Origin: Nitrospirota bacterium
GTDB taxonomy: Bacteria > Nitrospirota > Nitrospiria > Nitrospirales > Nitrospiraceae
DNA: 64,000 bases
Reading direction: 5' to 3'
Assembly (NCBI GenBank): GCA_963701855.1
Contig: CAVPBK010000012.1
Location: forward strand, 32,001-96,000
The position numbers and the translations under genes were made by a program. Below, in pieces: positions 31,466 through 40,916 of this stretch (position 1 is its first letter; each line of letters opens with the position of its first letter). The notes beneath the pieces are model-generated. The model saw nothing but the letters and a program-made list of their open reading frames with translations, ran no database searches and had not been told where the DNA came from.

Positions 31466-32776
31466 ATGAAGAATCACACAGTCAACTTGTACCCGGAAGT
31501 CCACTTCGACTTCTACCGAATCCCACACTCGCCCGCTATGCATACCGTCATCGACTTCTACTTCTCCAAGTGGAAGACCTACGAAGAGGGACAACGACGG
31601 CGGGCACTCAAAGCGGATAGTATCCCGGCGTACCGTCTCATGCTCGGTGTATTGTTGGCCAACCTACAGCACGCGAAGGTCACGGGCCGTAAAGGTGGAG
31701 TGTACACGTCACGGTCGAAGGCGATCCTAGGACGATCAGAACCTAGATACTGGCCGGTGGAATTCAATGAACGCTTCATTACGCTCCTCGACGGTCTCAC
31801 CGACATGAACGTAATTCTCCAACAGGTTGGTATGTGGCACGGTGATCGAACGATCATCAACGGGACTCGTCACTTGTGGGATACCATGCGACGGCAGCAC
31901 GCCTTGCATGAATGCGACACCACAGCGAATCGGGTTCGACAAGAGGTCTGTCTTCTGAAGTCTTCCAAGGAGTGGGATGCCGACAGCCCCATCGAACCAA
32001 ATGAGCTGCTAGAGTACGAAGACACCGCACTGACAATCCGCTACCGACAAGAGGTCCGCAGCATCAATGCGTATCTTGAAGGGGATGCAATCCAGCTCAC
32101 CCCGGACGGTCGGTTCATCGACCAGCGGGATTGTTTCGTACAGCGGCAATTCATCAACGGTCGGTTCGATCACGGTGGACGCTTGAAGAACGGATACTGG
32201 AACAATGGAGCGATGACGAGCGCCGAACACTTCGCCAGGATCAGACCGAAGGGCGAACGTCCGGTGAAGCTCGACTTCAGGTCGATCCAGATGCACTTGC
32301 TTTACATGACGGCAGGACTTCACGCCCCCACATCGAAGGTTGCCGGGGGTGATCTGTACGCTATCCCCGGTCTCGATCCATCCTCACGACCAGGGATAAA
32401 GAAGATCATCGCTGCCAGTACGTTTCATCCGCATGCACTCAAGCGGTTTCCCAGAAAAGACCGGGAAGCTTCTCTCCTCTCACGATCAGGGAAAGGGGTT
32501 CAAGTTCGTCTGGTCAAAGATCGTAGAAGCCCACGCTCCCATCGCATCATCTCCTCGGTAACGGCATCGGGTACGGCCTACAGTTCCAGGAGAGTACCCT
32601 GATGGTCACGCTTCTACTTAGAGATGAAGAAACTCAACTATCCCAGTCTCCCGATCCATGACTGTCTTCTCGTCTCTCGCTCTGACGCCTTTGAGGTCCA
32701 GACGGTGATGGAGAATATCAGTGAAGGATTCACTCGATCAGGGGTCATACCTATGGGGAGAGAAGAGAGGGGATAG
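31466..32776 (+). pseudogene. Minimal PolA/T7-RNAP-superfamily polymerase (TV-Pol-like), frameshifted in the last third
   Basis: DHGGRL, motif A LDFRS, motif B RPGIK, then LQFQES and motif C LPIHDC (32654) in shifted frames. Confidence 0.7.
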
Positions 32777-32864
32777 CTCTCTGTTCTCTCTTGGGTACGG
32801 GGTCTGATCCAGAGGGGAGCTAGCGTACCCTAGCACGGAGGATAACCTACGCTCCCCTAGACCA

Positions 32865-33018
32865 GGGTGATAGTAACAGGGTCGAAATCATGGACTTCCC
32901 CAAGAATAACGATGAGTTGAGATTTTGAGCCAGGTTTACTATCACCCCCAGGAGAGCATGCGACCCCCCACCTTGACCGATACACTATCACCCCTTGGTG
33001 AGCCTGCGACCCCCACCT
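32865..33018. repeat. Iteron-like cluster: two direct repeats of about 35 bp plus an inverted 12-mer
   Basis: actatcacccc..gag..tgcgaccccc(c)acct at 32938 and 32984; gggtgatagtaa (32865) is the inverse of 32936-32947. Confidence 0.7.
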
Positions 33019-33133
33019 AAACCAGAGGGGCCGGTGATCTTACCGGCTCCCTCGTGCTAGCTGTCGTTACACCAAATACGAAACGAAGTAGAAACCCGTT
33101 ACACAAATCTTGAAACGAATGAGGAGATCCCCC

Positions 33134-33463
33134 ATGCCTAAAACCACAACCGAGCGAGTACAAGCGTTCCGCGCTCGACAAGCCGTCAAGACCGCACCGG
33201 CCAAGACAGCCGGGAAGCGTGTCACCCGCCTCCTTGTTGATCATCCGGAGAAGAGGGCGAAGTTCGATGCCTTTATGATTCAGATGAATAGGGAGCTGCA
33301 GATAGTAAACGCCAAGCCGCAAAGCCGATCACCGCGTAGCAACGTCTACTTCCCAGGGTTCCGCTGCTTCTTCTCGTCTTGGATTCTGTCTGATCGAGCG
33401 AATGATATACCACGCGAGTACTCTTTAAGCAGCCCACCACACTTAAGCTTAGTATGCATGTGA
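33134..33463 (+). CDS. Small basic hypothetical protein (true end uncertain)
   Basis: GAGGAG RBS; T.TERVQAFRARQ motif; overlaps the convergent SIR2-like tail. Confidence 0.5.
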   Translation: MPKTTTERVQAFRARQAVKTAPAKTAGKRVTRLLVDHPEKRAKFDAFMIQMNRELQIVNAKPQSRSPRSNVYFPGFRCFFSSWILSDRANDIPREYSLSSPPHLSLVCM

Positions 33464-33933
33464 ATATTTCCCACAGGAATTCCACTCTTAGATTCCAACT
33501 CAGCAGAAATATCCTTGGCATCACTCTCTGATATGCCATACGCCGTTGCAAATATTCGACGGTGGCTAAACATCTCTGGGGGTGTGGAACTTGGCAACAA
33601 GAGATCTACATTCAAGTGGTGGAAGGCAAAGCCAAGGAACACAAGCCTGTGTGACGACTTAATCTTCAATCGGATGGATTTCACGTCACTCGAAAGCTCA
33701 TCGGTCACTTCCGTAAACGTCTTAATCTGACTGGCCAGCGCGAGAAGCTGTTCCGGAGGCGGAGTCGCCCCGAACCCAATCGCATTGGTCTGACCAAGCC
33801 AATGGAGTGATCCGACAGTGCCGTAGGGGCGGTAGATTTCAAGCTTCTTAAGCAATGAGGCCGCGTCCGATTCGTGCATAAAGTAGTAGTTTTGGAGTCC
33901 GTAATATAGGTACTGCTCGATGCAGCGATCATA

Positions 33934-34477
33934 AATGAAGCTCCCCGCAGCAAGCTGCGGGGTATCACAGAACTAAAACATCCGGAGCTGACGAAGATCT
34001 TCCTGAGGCTGCCCTTGCCGCTGCACGTACCGTTCGACAGTCTGCCAGTTTGCCCGTTCCCCTACCGTGGCCACGTAGTACCCATCGGTCCAAAACTCCC
34101 CGCCCCACAGTACCCGCTTCACCGCGGGCTTTCGGCGAAAGATCTCCCGCGCCGTGATGCTCTTGAATATCTGCACAATCCGGCCTGGAGCTACTTTCGG
34201 ATGTGCACTGCAGAGCAGATGGATATGATTCTTGTCCGTCCCGATCGCCTCCATCTCGATCGGAAACCGTTCCGCGATCTCTGCCGCCGTCTCCTGGATA
34301 ATCGTCGTCACCACCTCATCCAACAGCGATTTCCGGTATTTCACGGGAAAAACAATATGGTAGTGGATTTGCCACGCACAGTGCGCTCCCTTTCTGCCTG
34401 CCTCGTCCCTCTGGTCCGCCATACTCCAGAGGGTACCAGAAAAGATTGTCCCCGTAGCAAGCTACGGGGAATCACAA
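33934..34477 (-). mobile_element. IS200/IS605-family element (tnpA only)
   Basis: Subterminal hairpins ccccgcagcaagctgcgggg (33943) and ccccgtagcaagctacgggg (34450); no target duplication. Confidence 0.92.
33973..34422 (-). CDS. tnpA: Y1 HUH transposase
   Basis: YHIVFPVKYR, HIH, FW..GYY, Y..RQ motifs. Confidence 0.95.
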   Translation of the reverse strand: MADQRDEAGRKGAHCAWQIHYHIVFPVKYRKSLLDEVVTTIIQETAAEIAERFPIEMEAIGTDKNHIHLLCSAHPKVAPGRIVQIFKSITAREIFRRKPAVKRVLWGGEFWTDGYYVATVGERANWQTVERYVQRQGQPQEDLRQLRMF

Positions 34478-35032
34478 GTTGAAAATCACGAGAACAACCG
34501 AACTTAGGCGCTCTTCAAGATCTGAGCGTCTGCAATTTCCAAGAAGGTGGCGAAAGAAATTGTTGAACCATGTGCTCTCAAGCCGCTCAAAGTTCATCGG
34601 ACCGTTGACGTGGACCGGCATAAAGAGAGTACTCTTCGACTCTGCTTCAAGAATTGTACGAACAATTGCAAGCTTCCCGCATAACTCAATCGCTTTGTCA
34701 CCGTTATGAATATCCAGGAAGGTGTCAATCGAGCCCGCCTGTGGCATTGCGTCATGGATGCGATAACTCGCCTGATGAAGTAAGTCTAAGTGGTCTGGAC
34801 GTGTAGGTTCTTTGGATGCCGCCAATTTAAGTGCGTCCCAAATGTGGCCGTCGCCGCTGACTCTTCGATAGAGTTGTTCAAACCGAAGATCGAGAGCCGT
34901 AGCTATTAAACTCCTGAGTTCGGAGCCGATGGGCAGGCCTACTTCGTTGCTTGCCCCTGCGCCGATAATGAAGACGGTCTTTTGAGTCTCTTTAATGGGT
35001 GAAGGGTCGCTCATCGGAGCCTCTCCGAGGGA

Positions 35033-35133
35033 GGCCCATTCTAGAAGGGTTACGAACGATGGCGCAAGGGCCGCAGGCGCGGAAGTCGGAACATCCGAAC
35101 GGGCGAACTGCGGAGTTCAATGAGGACAGTGAG
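35033..35133 (-). repeat. About 100-bp repeat containing promoter module A, copy 7 (TTGCGC-18-TAGAAT)
   Basis: Close match to 36278-36378; upstream of the SIR2-like gene. Confidence 0.85.
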
Positions 35134-35148
35134 GAGTAGGGTAGGCGA

Positions 35149-35553
35149 TTACTTCTTGCCGCACGTAACCTTCAAAATGCTTTGACCAATAGTTCCAGGT
35201 GCAATTGGACTCCACTTACCTTCATCGGAGTTGTTCACAAGCATATCGCCGGTTGCCATATTGTGCGAGAATCTTGTATACGCAAGTTGACGATAGCTTT
35301 CTTCCACGCAGTCCACTTGCACTTGCATACGGTCGGACAAATAGAAGACCGTGGTGTCCCCCGCTCTTTGAGCCAGCTTAAAGTCGAATAAGAACCACAT
35401 CTTCACCAGATCCCCTTTTCGTCGGATGGTCTCGGGGTCAGCGTACAACGTATACCCCTTGGCACCATCAGTGTAGCCAATTTCCACCCACTCCGCGTAC
35501 GCTGGCCCACCACACAGGAGAATCAGGAGTGTGATGAGGAGTGGTCGTGTCAT
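35149..35553 (-). CDS. Adhesin-E-like secreted protein, copy 3
   Basis: AEWV...DPETIRRKGDLVKMW...TCGKK. Confidence 0.78.
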   Translation of the reverse strand: MTRPLLITLLILLCGGPAYAEWVEIGYTDGAKGYTLYADPETIRRKGDLVKMWFLFDFKLAQRAGDTTVFYLSDRMQVQVDCVEESYRQLAYTRFSHNMATGDMLVNNSDEGKWSPIAPGTIGQSILKVTCGKK

Positions 35554-35597
35554 GCGAATTCCTCGGACTCAAAGTACACGGGACAGAGAAATTTCCT

Positions 35598-36248
35598 CTA
35601 CGGCTTTCTCTTTCTGGCTGGGACTCGCTTCCTAAGTTCTTTAATCTTTGAATCGTGCAGATAGACAGTTTCTATAATGTGTTCTGTGATATCCACAAGC
35701 GTGATCACATCAACAGTTTCTGGCGAGAAATCTCTATGAATCGTGGCATGCCCTGCCTCCAGGATGGTCTCCAATCTCTCGCGTTGAATTCGTGACACAT
35801 AGCCAAGCCCTTCGAATTTAGTAAGGTTCTTGACGAAACTTCCTTGGTCCCCTGATTTAGAAATCATGATCCTTTCAATCAGTGATCTAACCCCCATGGT
35901 TGCTAGCCTTCGAAGATCATTTTGAAGAGCTACATATATCTCACCCAGAAGGTCGCCTACAAATTGATCGACGGACGGGCGCCTCATTGCAGGGGAACTA
36001 AACCAATGGGGCCTAGGACGAGAGATAGCTGGTGGGAAGTATGTAATGGTTTCACCTTTATCTCCTGAAAACCACGAGGTATGCCGAAGTTTTATGCTAT
36101 CGCACCCCTGACACTTAAGCATTTCGTACTGGTTCCGGCCTGACAACTCTGAATAATCCTCATGCTCCCACGTTGTCTTTTCCGAATGAAGAACCTCGTG
36201 ATTGCGATCTCCGTTGCATAGATTACAGTGCGCTTTTGTTGAACTCAT
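35598..36248 (-). CDS. DUF4145 (HEPN-like) domain protein
   Basis: N-terminal CxxC pairs; LATMGVRSLIE...GHATIH. Confidence 0.7.
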   Translation of the reverse strand: MSSTKAHCNLCNGDRNHEVLHSEKTTWEHEDYSELSGRNQYEMLKCQGCDSIKLRHTSWFSGDKGETITYFPPAISRPRPHWFSSPAMRRPSVDQFVGDLLGEIYVALQNDLRRLATMGVRSLIERIMISKSGDQGSFVKNLTKFEGLGYVSRIQRERLETILEAGHATIHRDFSPETVDVITLVDITEHIIETVYLHDSKIKELRKRVPARKRKP

Positions 36249-36277
36249 TAGATTAGCCTATCCGGGAAAGATACCTT

Positions 36278-36378
36278 GGCCCATTCTAGAAGGGGTGCGA
36301 ACGACGGCGCAAGGGTCGCAGGCGCGGAAGTCGGAGCATCCTAACGGGCGAGCTGCGGAGTTCAACGAGGACAGCGAG
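36278..36378 (-). repeat. About 100-bp repeat containing promoter module A, copy 8
   Basis: Close match to 35033-35133; upstream of DUF4145. Confidence 0.85.
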
Positions 36379-36503
36379 TAGTCCGAACCTGTAGGAGCGA
36401 TGTCACCTGATGTCGTTCCTACTGGATGAAACTAGGGAACTTCCTGGTACCCTCTTGATCCGAACGGTCTACAATTCATGAGAATGATTTGAAAGAAAGT
36501 TAC

Positions 36504-36653
36504 ATGCCTCTAATAAGCTGTCCCAAGTGTGAGAGCGAAGTAAAGCCCATCGAGAGTTGGCGCATTACCGCTGACCTCAAAGTGGAAGAACCTCCTCAGC
36601 CCATGTGGGCCTGCCTCAATCCGACCTGCTTACACAAATGGCCAAAGTCGTAG
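36504..36653 (+). CDS. 49-aa zinc-ribbon-like protein (below the ORF-track cutoff)
   Basis: MPLISCPKCES...WACLNPTCLHKW. Confidence 0.55.
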   Translation: MPLISCPKCESEVKPIESWRITADLKVEEPPQPMWACLNPTCLHKWPKS

Positions 36654-36756
36654 ATTGGTTCATGCATCAGCTCGCGGAGAAGACCAAGCGTTTCAAGAAG
36701 TACAACACTAAGGCGCCAACTCTGAGGCTTCCTGTTTTTCTTCGACATCGGGCGAC

Positions 36757-36786
36757 ATTGTAGGAGGGAACCGAACGAACGCGCAA
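36757..36786 (-). promoter_or_regulatory. Promoter module A, copy 9 (TTGCGC-18-TACAAT)
   Basis: Matches 29001-29030; also abuts a DUF72 remnant (36795-36850). Confidence 0.65.
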
Positions 36787-36909
36787 GGGCCACCGGCGCG
36801 GGTCGGCGCACGCATGTCTCGGTGAACAATCAGGCGGAAGGAAACGCGCTTCCGCTCAGTGAGGTTCTTACCGAACCACGGAAGCCATCGCCGTTAACCG
36901 TGCAGAGGG

Positions 36910-37092
36910 TCAATCTAGAATGAGATGTCGGTGTTTGTTGGGCACTGATTCATCGCAGTCAACGCAGTAGAAGTTGCCCGTGAAACCGCCGAAGCCACTA
37001 GGCTCCAATTTTAGTGTGAGATGCTCACAGAGTGGTTGACCGCCGCGCTGAGACTCCATCATTCGTACCGCAGTAGCTTGAGCGTTCATCAT
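36910..37092 (-). CDS. Small Cys-containing hypothetical protein
   Basis: GGAGG RBS; CEH...YCVDC. Confidence 0.55.
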   Translation of the reverse strand: MMNAQATAVRMMESQRGGQPLCEHLTLKLEPSGFGGFTGNFYCVDCDESVPNKHRHLILD

Positions 37093-37239
37093 GATATCCT
37101 CCCCATGTTCTACAAGCCCAACTGTTCTAGACAATTCCAGTTGTTTGTACCGTTTATACAATTCGAAAGGGACTGGGGAGATCCCTAGTTTAACTGGTCA
37201 TGTGAATATGCTCAGGTCACCCCTTTGCCCGGTATTGAG

Positions 37240-37333
37240 TTCTCTTCAGAGCGCCAGCACCGTCACAACCTCCTCGTATCTCAACTTCTCCAATCCATCT
37301 CGCAGCAAACTCAGAGGGATGGTCTCCCTGTGT
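37240..37333 (-). pseudogene. Diverged duplicate of the integrase 3' end
   Basis: HRETIPLSLLRDGLEKLRYEEVVTVLAL versus 37864-37957. Confidence 0.85.
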
Positions 37334-37429
37334 AGGATTCCGACTACAGGCACAGCACCTAGGCTCGGCTTTCTATTGATTCCTTTCTAAATTGCTGTTC
37401 TAATTGCCTCCCAACCGGAGCATAGGCCG

Positions 37430-37861
37430 ATGCCTCCGTACCCCGAACTTCCCACCACGCGAGTTCTCCTCATTGACGGAAGCCACAGTCAATGTGTGTA
37501 CTGGGCAGATCAGTTGAAGCGCTGCTCCCCGCATTATCAGATCGTGGAAGCCTCGGATGGCCAATCAGGGCTGGACCTCTACCGCTCTCAGCGGATTGAT
37601 TGCGTGGTGCTCGAAGTCGCACTGCCCGATGATTCGGGCTTCACGACATTGGTAGAGTTAGTCCCCATCGCCAGCAAGCCGCAGGTGCCTGTGATTGTGC
37701 TCACGCAGATTCCCCATCGAAGCGTCTGGCAGATAGCCCAGGACAATGGGGCGTATGCCTGTTTCCACAAACTCCAGACAACGGGCGAGGATTTGGACAG
37801 AGCCATTCAGCGTGCGGTGGCGTTTGTTGGGCAGATGCCGAAGGAAGATCGGCCCATCTAA
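37430..37861 (+). CDS. Atypical stand-alone receiver domain protein
   Basis: VLLIDG...CVVLEVALPDDSG (Glu at the usual phospho-Asp position). Confidence 0.75.
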   Translation: MPPYPELPTTRVLLIDGSHSQCVYWADQLKRCSPHYQIVEASDGQSGLDLYRSQRIDCVVLEVALPDDSGFTTLVELVPIASKPQVPVIVLTQIPHRSVWQIAQDNGAYACFHKLQTTGEDLDRAIQRAVAFVGQMPKEDRPI

Positions 37862-37870
37862 TCGTTCTCT

Positions 37871-39435
37871 TCAGAGTGCCAGCATCTTCACCACTTCCTC
37901 GTACCTCAACTTCTCCAATCCCTCCCGCAACAGACTCAACGGTATGGTCTCTCTGTGAACGTACGTCTGCCCCTGAACATTCGCCGCAGAGTGTCCGGCG
38001 ATGATCTCGCAGAGATTTTGAGCGCAGCCAGCTCCTATGAGTTTGCTTATCCCTCCGTGCCGCAAACTATGCAGCACAAGAGCAGGATCAGTCAGACCGG
38101 CTTTCGTAACCAACCGACTGAAGACCTTTCCTACCGCATCACTGAATCCATTCGCTCCGTGCTTCAGCGTTGGGAACAGCCGTGCATGACCAGACGCCTT
38201 GATTTCCTCCACGTACTCCATGAATCCACGCTGGATCAAACTTGAATGGATCGGCACTCGTCTTTTACTCCCTTCGTTCTTCAGGCTTTGCTCCGCCCCT
38301 TCATCGGTGATACTCAGGAACGGGATATCCTCCGCCACGCCAATATCCTTGATTGCGAGTTGCCCCGCTTCCTCCCGCCTGCAGACTTGGAACAGACAGA
38401 GCAGCGGAAGCCAGTAGTTTGCCGCGTTGGTCCTGCGTTGCTGCATGAACGCCTGCGAGCCAAACACGGCCAACAGCTCAGCATCAGTAAACGGTCTACG
38501 CTTGGTTGCTTGTTTCTTCGCTTGCTGTTTGTTCGGCGCAAGACCACGGACGGGATTAAATCCATCAACGATGAAGCCTTGTTGCTCTGCCCATTTGAAG
38601 AGGCCTGAGAGGGATGACAAGTGTTTGATGCAGGTTGCCAGCGACAGACCGCGAGTCTGAAGCATGTGCTCTTTGTACGTGCGACAGTCGGCCTTCGTGA
38701 GCGACCCGATAGGCCGGTCACCACCTACGACCTCCACGAATCGTTCGAGTTCCGACTTCACTTGTGAGTCAGTACGTGCGGCCCGCGTGTTTTCTTGGAA
38801 GTACAGTTTGACGACCTCAGAGAAGGGTTTGCTTGGTGATGGCTTGGTCGGTGTCAATGGCGGAGCCACGGTAGGACGTGATGGTGGACGTTCGAGATAG
38901 TTGCCATCCCACCGAGCTTGATCAATGCGGAGCACGTCTTGCTTGGCAACCAACAGACGCCGACAAAGCCTCTTAAACTCATCGCTGTCATGTGCCAACA
39001 GAGGGAACCCCGCAGCCGTCAATACTGCATCCGCTTCCTTCTCGATAAGCTGATAATCCGAACCCAGTAATGCACACTCGACCTCCTGGCGTTGGTCCGC
39101 TAGTACTTCGGTCACGTTGTCTCGGTACTCGTCACTGATTGGGGCATTCAGCGCCCGCAATCTTCTGCCTCGTCAAGCTCCGCAGTCATCCAGCGTGTGA
39201 CCAGTTCTTCTCGTTGGTCGTTAGTCATGTAGGCTCCCTTGATCTTGAGTGTAAGAAACAGCCGATGAATCCTGGCCGTCCATTGAGCGGAACGGATCAC
39301 GGCCAGCTCACGATCAATCGTCCTGAGAGACCGCCACAGTTGCCTGCGACCCTTGAAATACGGTTGGAGTCTGCCAGGGATGAAGGCGCGATGGTAGAGA
39401 ATCTTGTCTTTGAACCGGGGAAATACGGTAGCCAT
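37871..39435 (-). pseudogene. Tyrosine integrase with a DUF6538-like N-terminus; single frameshift near 39160
   Basis: CRREE, KN, HSLRH, AGH and Y catalytic set intact; LWRSLRT N-terminal motif. Confidence 0.88.
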
Positions 39436-39532
39436 AATACCTCCAAAGTGGGTAGCTAATGGGTAGCTCTACCGATTCTCTGGAGGTTTGAACGCTGAAA
39501 CGCCGCTCTGGTGGCTGCGTTGAGGCGTGTTC

Positions 39533-39610
39533 TGGTGTCCCCAACGGGATTTGAACCCGTGTTACTGCCTTGAAAGGGCAATGTCCTAGGCCAGGCTAGA
39601 CGATGGGGAC
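39533..39610 (-). tRNA. tRNA-Glu (TTC)
   Basis: Full cloverleaf, CT-TTC-AA anticodon loop, GGTTCAAATCC T arm, encoded CCA. Confidence 0.97.
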
Positions 39611-39760
39611 CAAACAGCGTCGACAAAAATGAGCAGGTCTCATACCATACTTCAGGCTCATGTGTCACTAGAAGACGCGGCAGGTTTCACGGCAGCCTGT
39701 CGCGTTTCTTCTTCGGTTTCGGTAGGATAAACTACCTCAAATGTATTAGAGCCTCCAGTC

Positions 39761-40267
39761 ATGACCCAAGGAGTACGACTCATGACAAGACCCCAATTCG
39801 CATTGCACAGATCACTGCTGCTCGTAGCCTGCTGCCTGATAGGAGCCGGTTGTGCCCACGATACTTACCAAGAGCGGGCAACCCTGATTAAGAATCATGC
39901 TGACGCATTCTATGACAGTCTGAAAGCTAACCGAGTGGAATCTGCAATCCGGGAAAATGAACAGATTGAAGCAATGGCGAGCCAGATGGGAGATACCGTC
40001 AGGAAGCGGGCCGGACAACAAGGCACCGCAGCGGTTGAACGGGAGTTTGCCTTGATGACCACTGCCAACGAAGCCGCAGCCACAAACTGGCTCGCGCTGG
40101 GCCAATACTTCACCATCAAGCGCCAATACCCCCAAGCCCGCGCCACCTATCGACGCGTGATCGACACCTATACGAATCCCACAGACCGGCCCTACCGAGA
40201 ACAGGCGCTGCGCGCCTTGAAAGATTTGGACATGCTCAATCCACCCACAACAACGACAAATCCGTGA
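39761..40267 (+). CDS. Lipoprotein with a TPR-like C-terminus
   Basis: Lipobox GAGC; LGQY...Y.QA...Y. Confidence 0.7.
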   Translation: MTQGVRLMTRPQFALHRSLLLVACCLIGAGCAHDTYQERATLIKNHADAFYDSLKANRVESAIRENEQIEAMASQMGDTVRKRAGQQGTAAVEREFALMTTANEAAATNWLALGQYFTIKRQYPQARATYRRVIDTYTNPTDRPYREQALRALKDLDMLNPPTTTTNP

Positions 40268-40821
40268 ACGTCACCCGTCCCCTGCGCCGATTCTCTCGAA
40301 TACTTCTCGGCGGGCTCCTGTTATTCAGCTGGGGATGCGTCCACCGAATTCACGTCACTCCTGCGCCCTCAGCTGTTTCGCCCGTCGCCATCGCGCACTC
40401 GCTACAAGTCATTGTGCCATTTCTCGCAGTGGAAGGGGCCGATCACATGCCGGGCATCCTCTTGCTTGAGTGGCCGGCACAGGATCTTCGAACTGCCGCG
40501 ATCAACTATATTCAATCGCATCAGTCATTTGCCTCGGTAAGTGACAAACCGGCCGATCTAACCTTGACCATCAAGGCCTGGCTGACAATGCGATCCCGCA
40601 ACCACTACCACTACAATCTGCGCCTGGAGTCAGGCCTGGGTCCTTCGGAGAAACTGCCGACCAAGTCTTATCTGGTGGAAAAGGAAACGGTGGGATCGAG
40701 CGTTCGGTGGGTCACGGCTTCGGATCAGACCCCCATTGCGGAAGCGGTCCAAGCCGCTCTGGACGATCTGCTCTCGCAAATCGAAGCCGATCATCTTTTA
40801 TATAGAAATGGCCTGCGCTGA
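40264..40821 (+). CDS. Putative lipoprotein
   Basis: SWGC lipobox; GTGA overlap with the upstream gene. Confidence 0.7.
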   Translation: MNVTRPLRRFSRILLGGLLLFSWGCVHRIHVTPAPSAVSPVAIAHSLQVIVPFLAVEGADHMPGILLLEWPAQDLRTAAINYIQSHQSFASVSDKPADLTLTIKAWLTMRSRNHYHYNLRLESGLGPSEKLPTKSYLVEKETVGSSVRWVTASDQTPIAEAVQAALDDLLSQIEADHLLYRNGLR

Positions 40822-40916
40822 AAAAAATGGCAGAGGCCGGGAGGGTACGGAAAAATCAATTCGGCAGAGCAGAGCATCGATGGCCCGCACGCCTGGGACG
40901 AGAGAAATATATCCCC

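Larger units (their letters stand above)
33346..35014 (-). pseudogene. SIR2-like protein (about 374 aa) interrupted by IS200
   Basis: FIIGAGAS N-terminus; removing 33934-34477 restores IFN-YDRCIE in frame. Confidence 0.8.
23255..39532. mobile_element. Genomic island integrated at tRNA-Glu
   Basis: Bounded by the 18-bp direct repeat, with an integrase next to the tRNA. Confidence 0.7.

Noticed and set aside
10643..35553. Diversity-generating retroelement acting on the paralogs
   Set aside because: There is no reverse transcriptase in the window, and the differences between repeats are not adenine-specific.
35033..39435. Classical integron
   Set aside because: The repeats lack the attC palindrome and the RYYYAAC/GTTRRRY ends, and the integrase is DUF6538-type rather than IntI-like.
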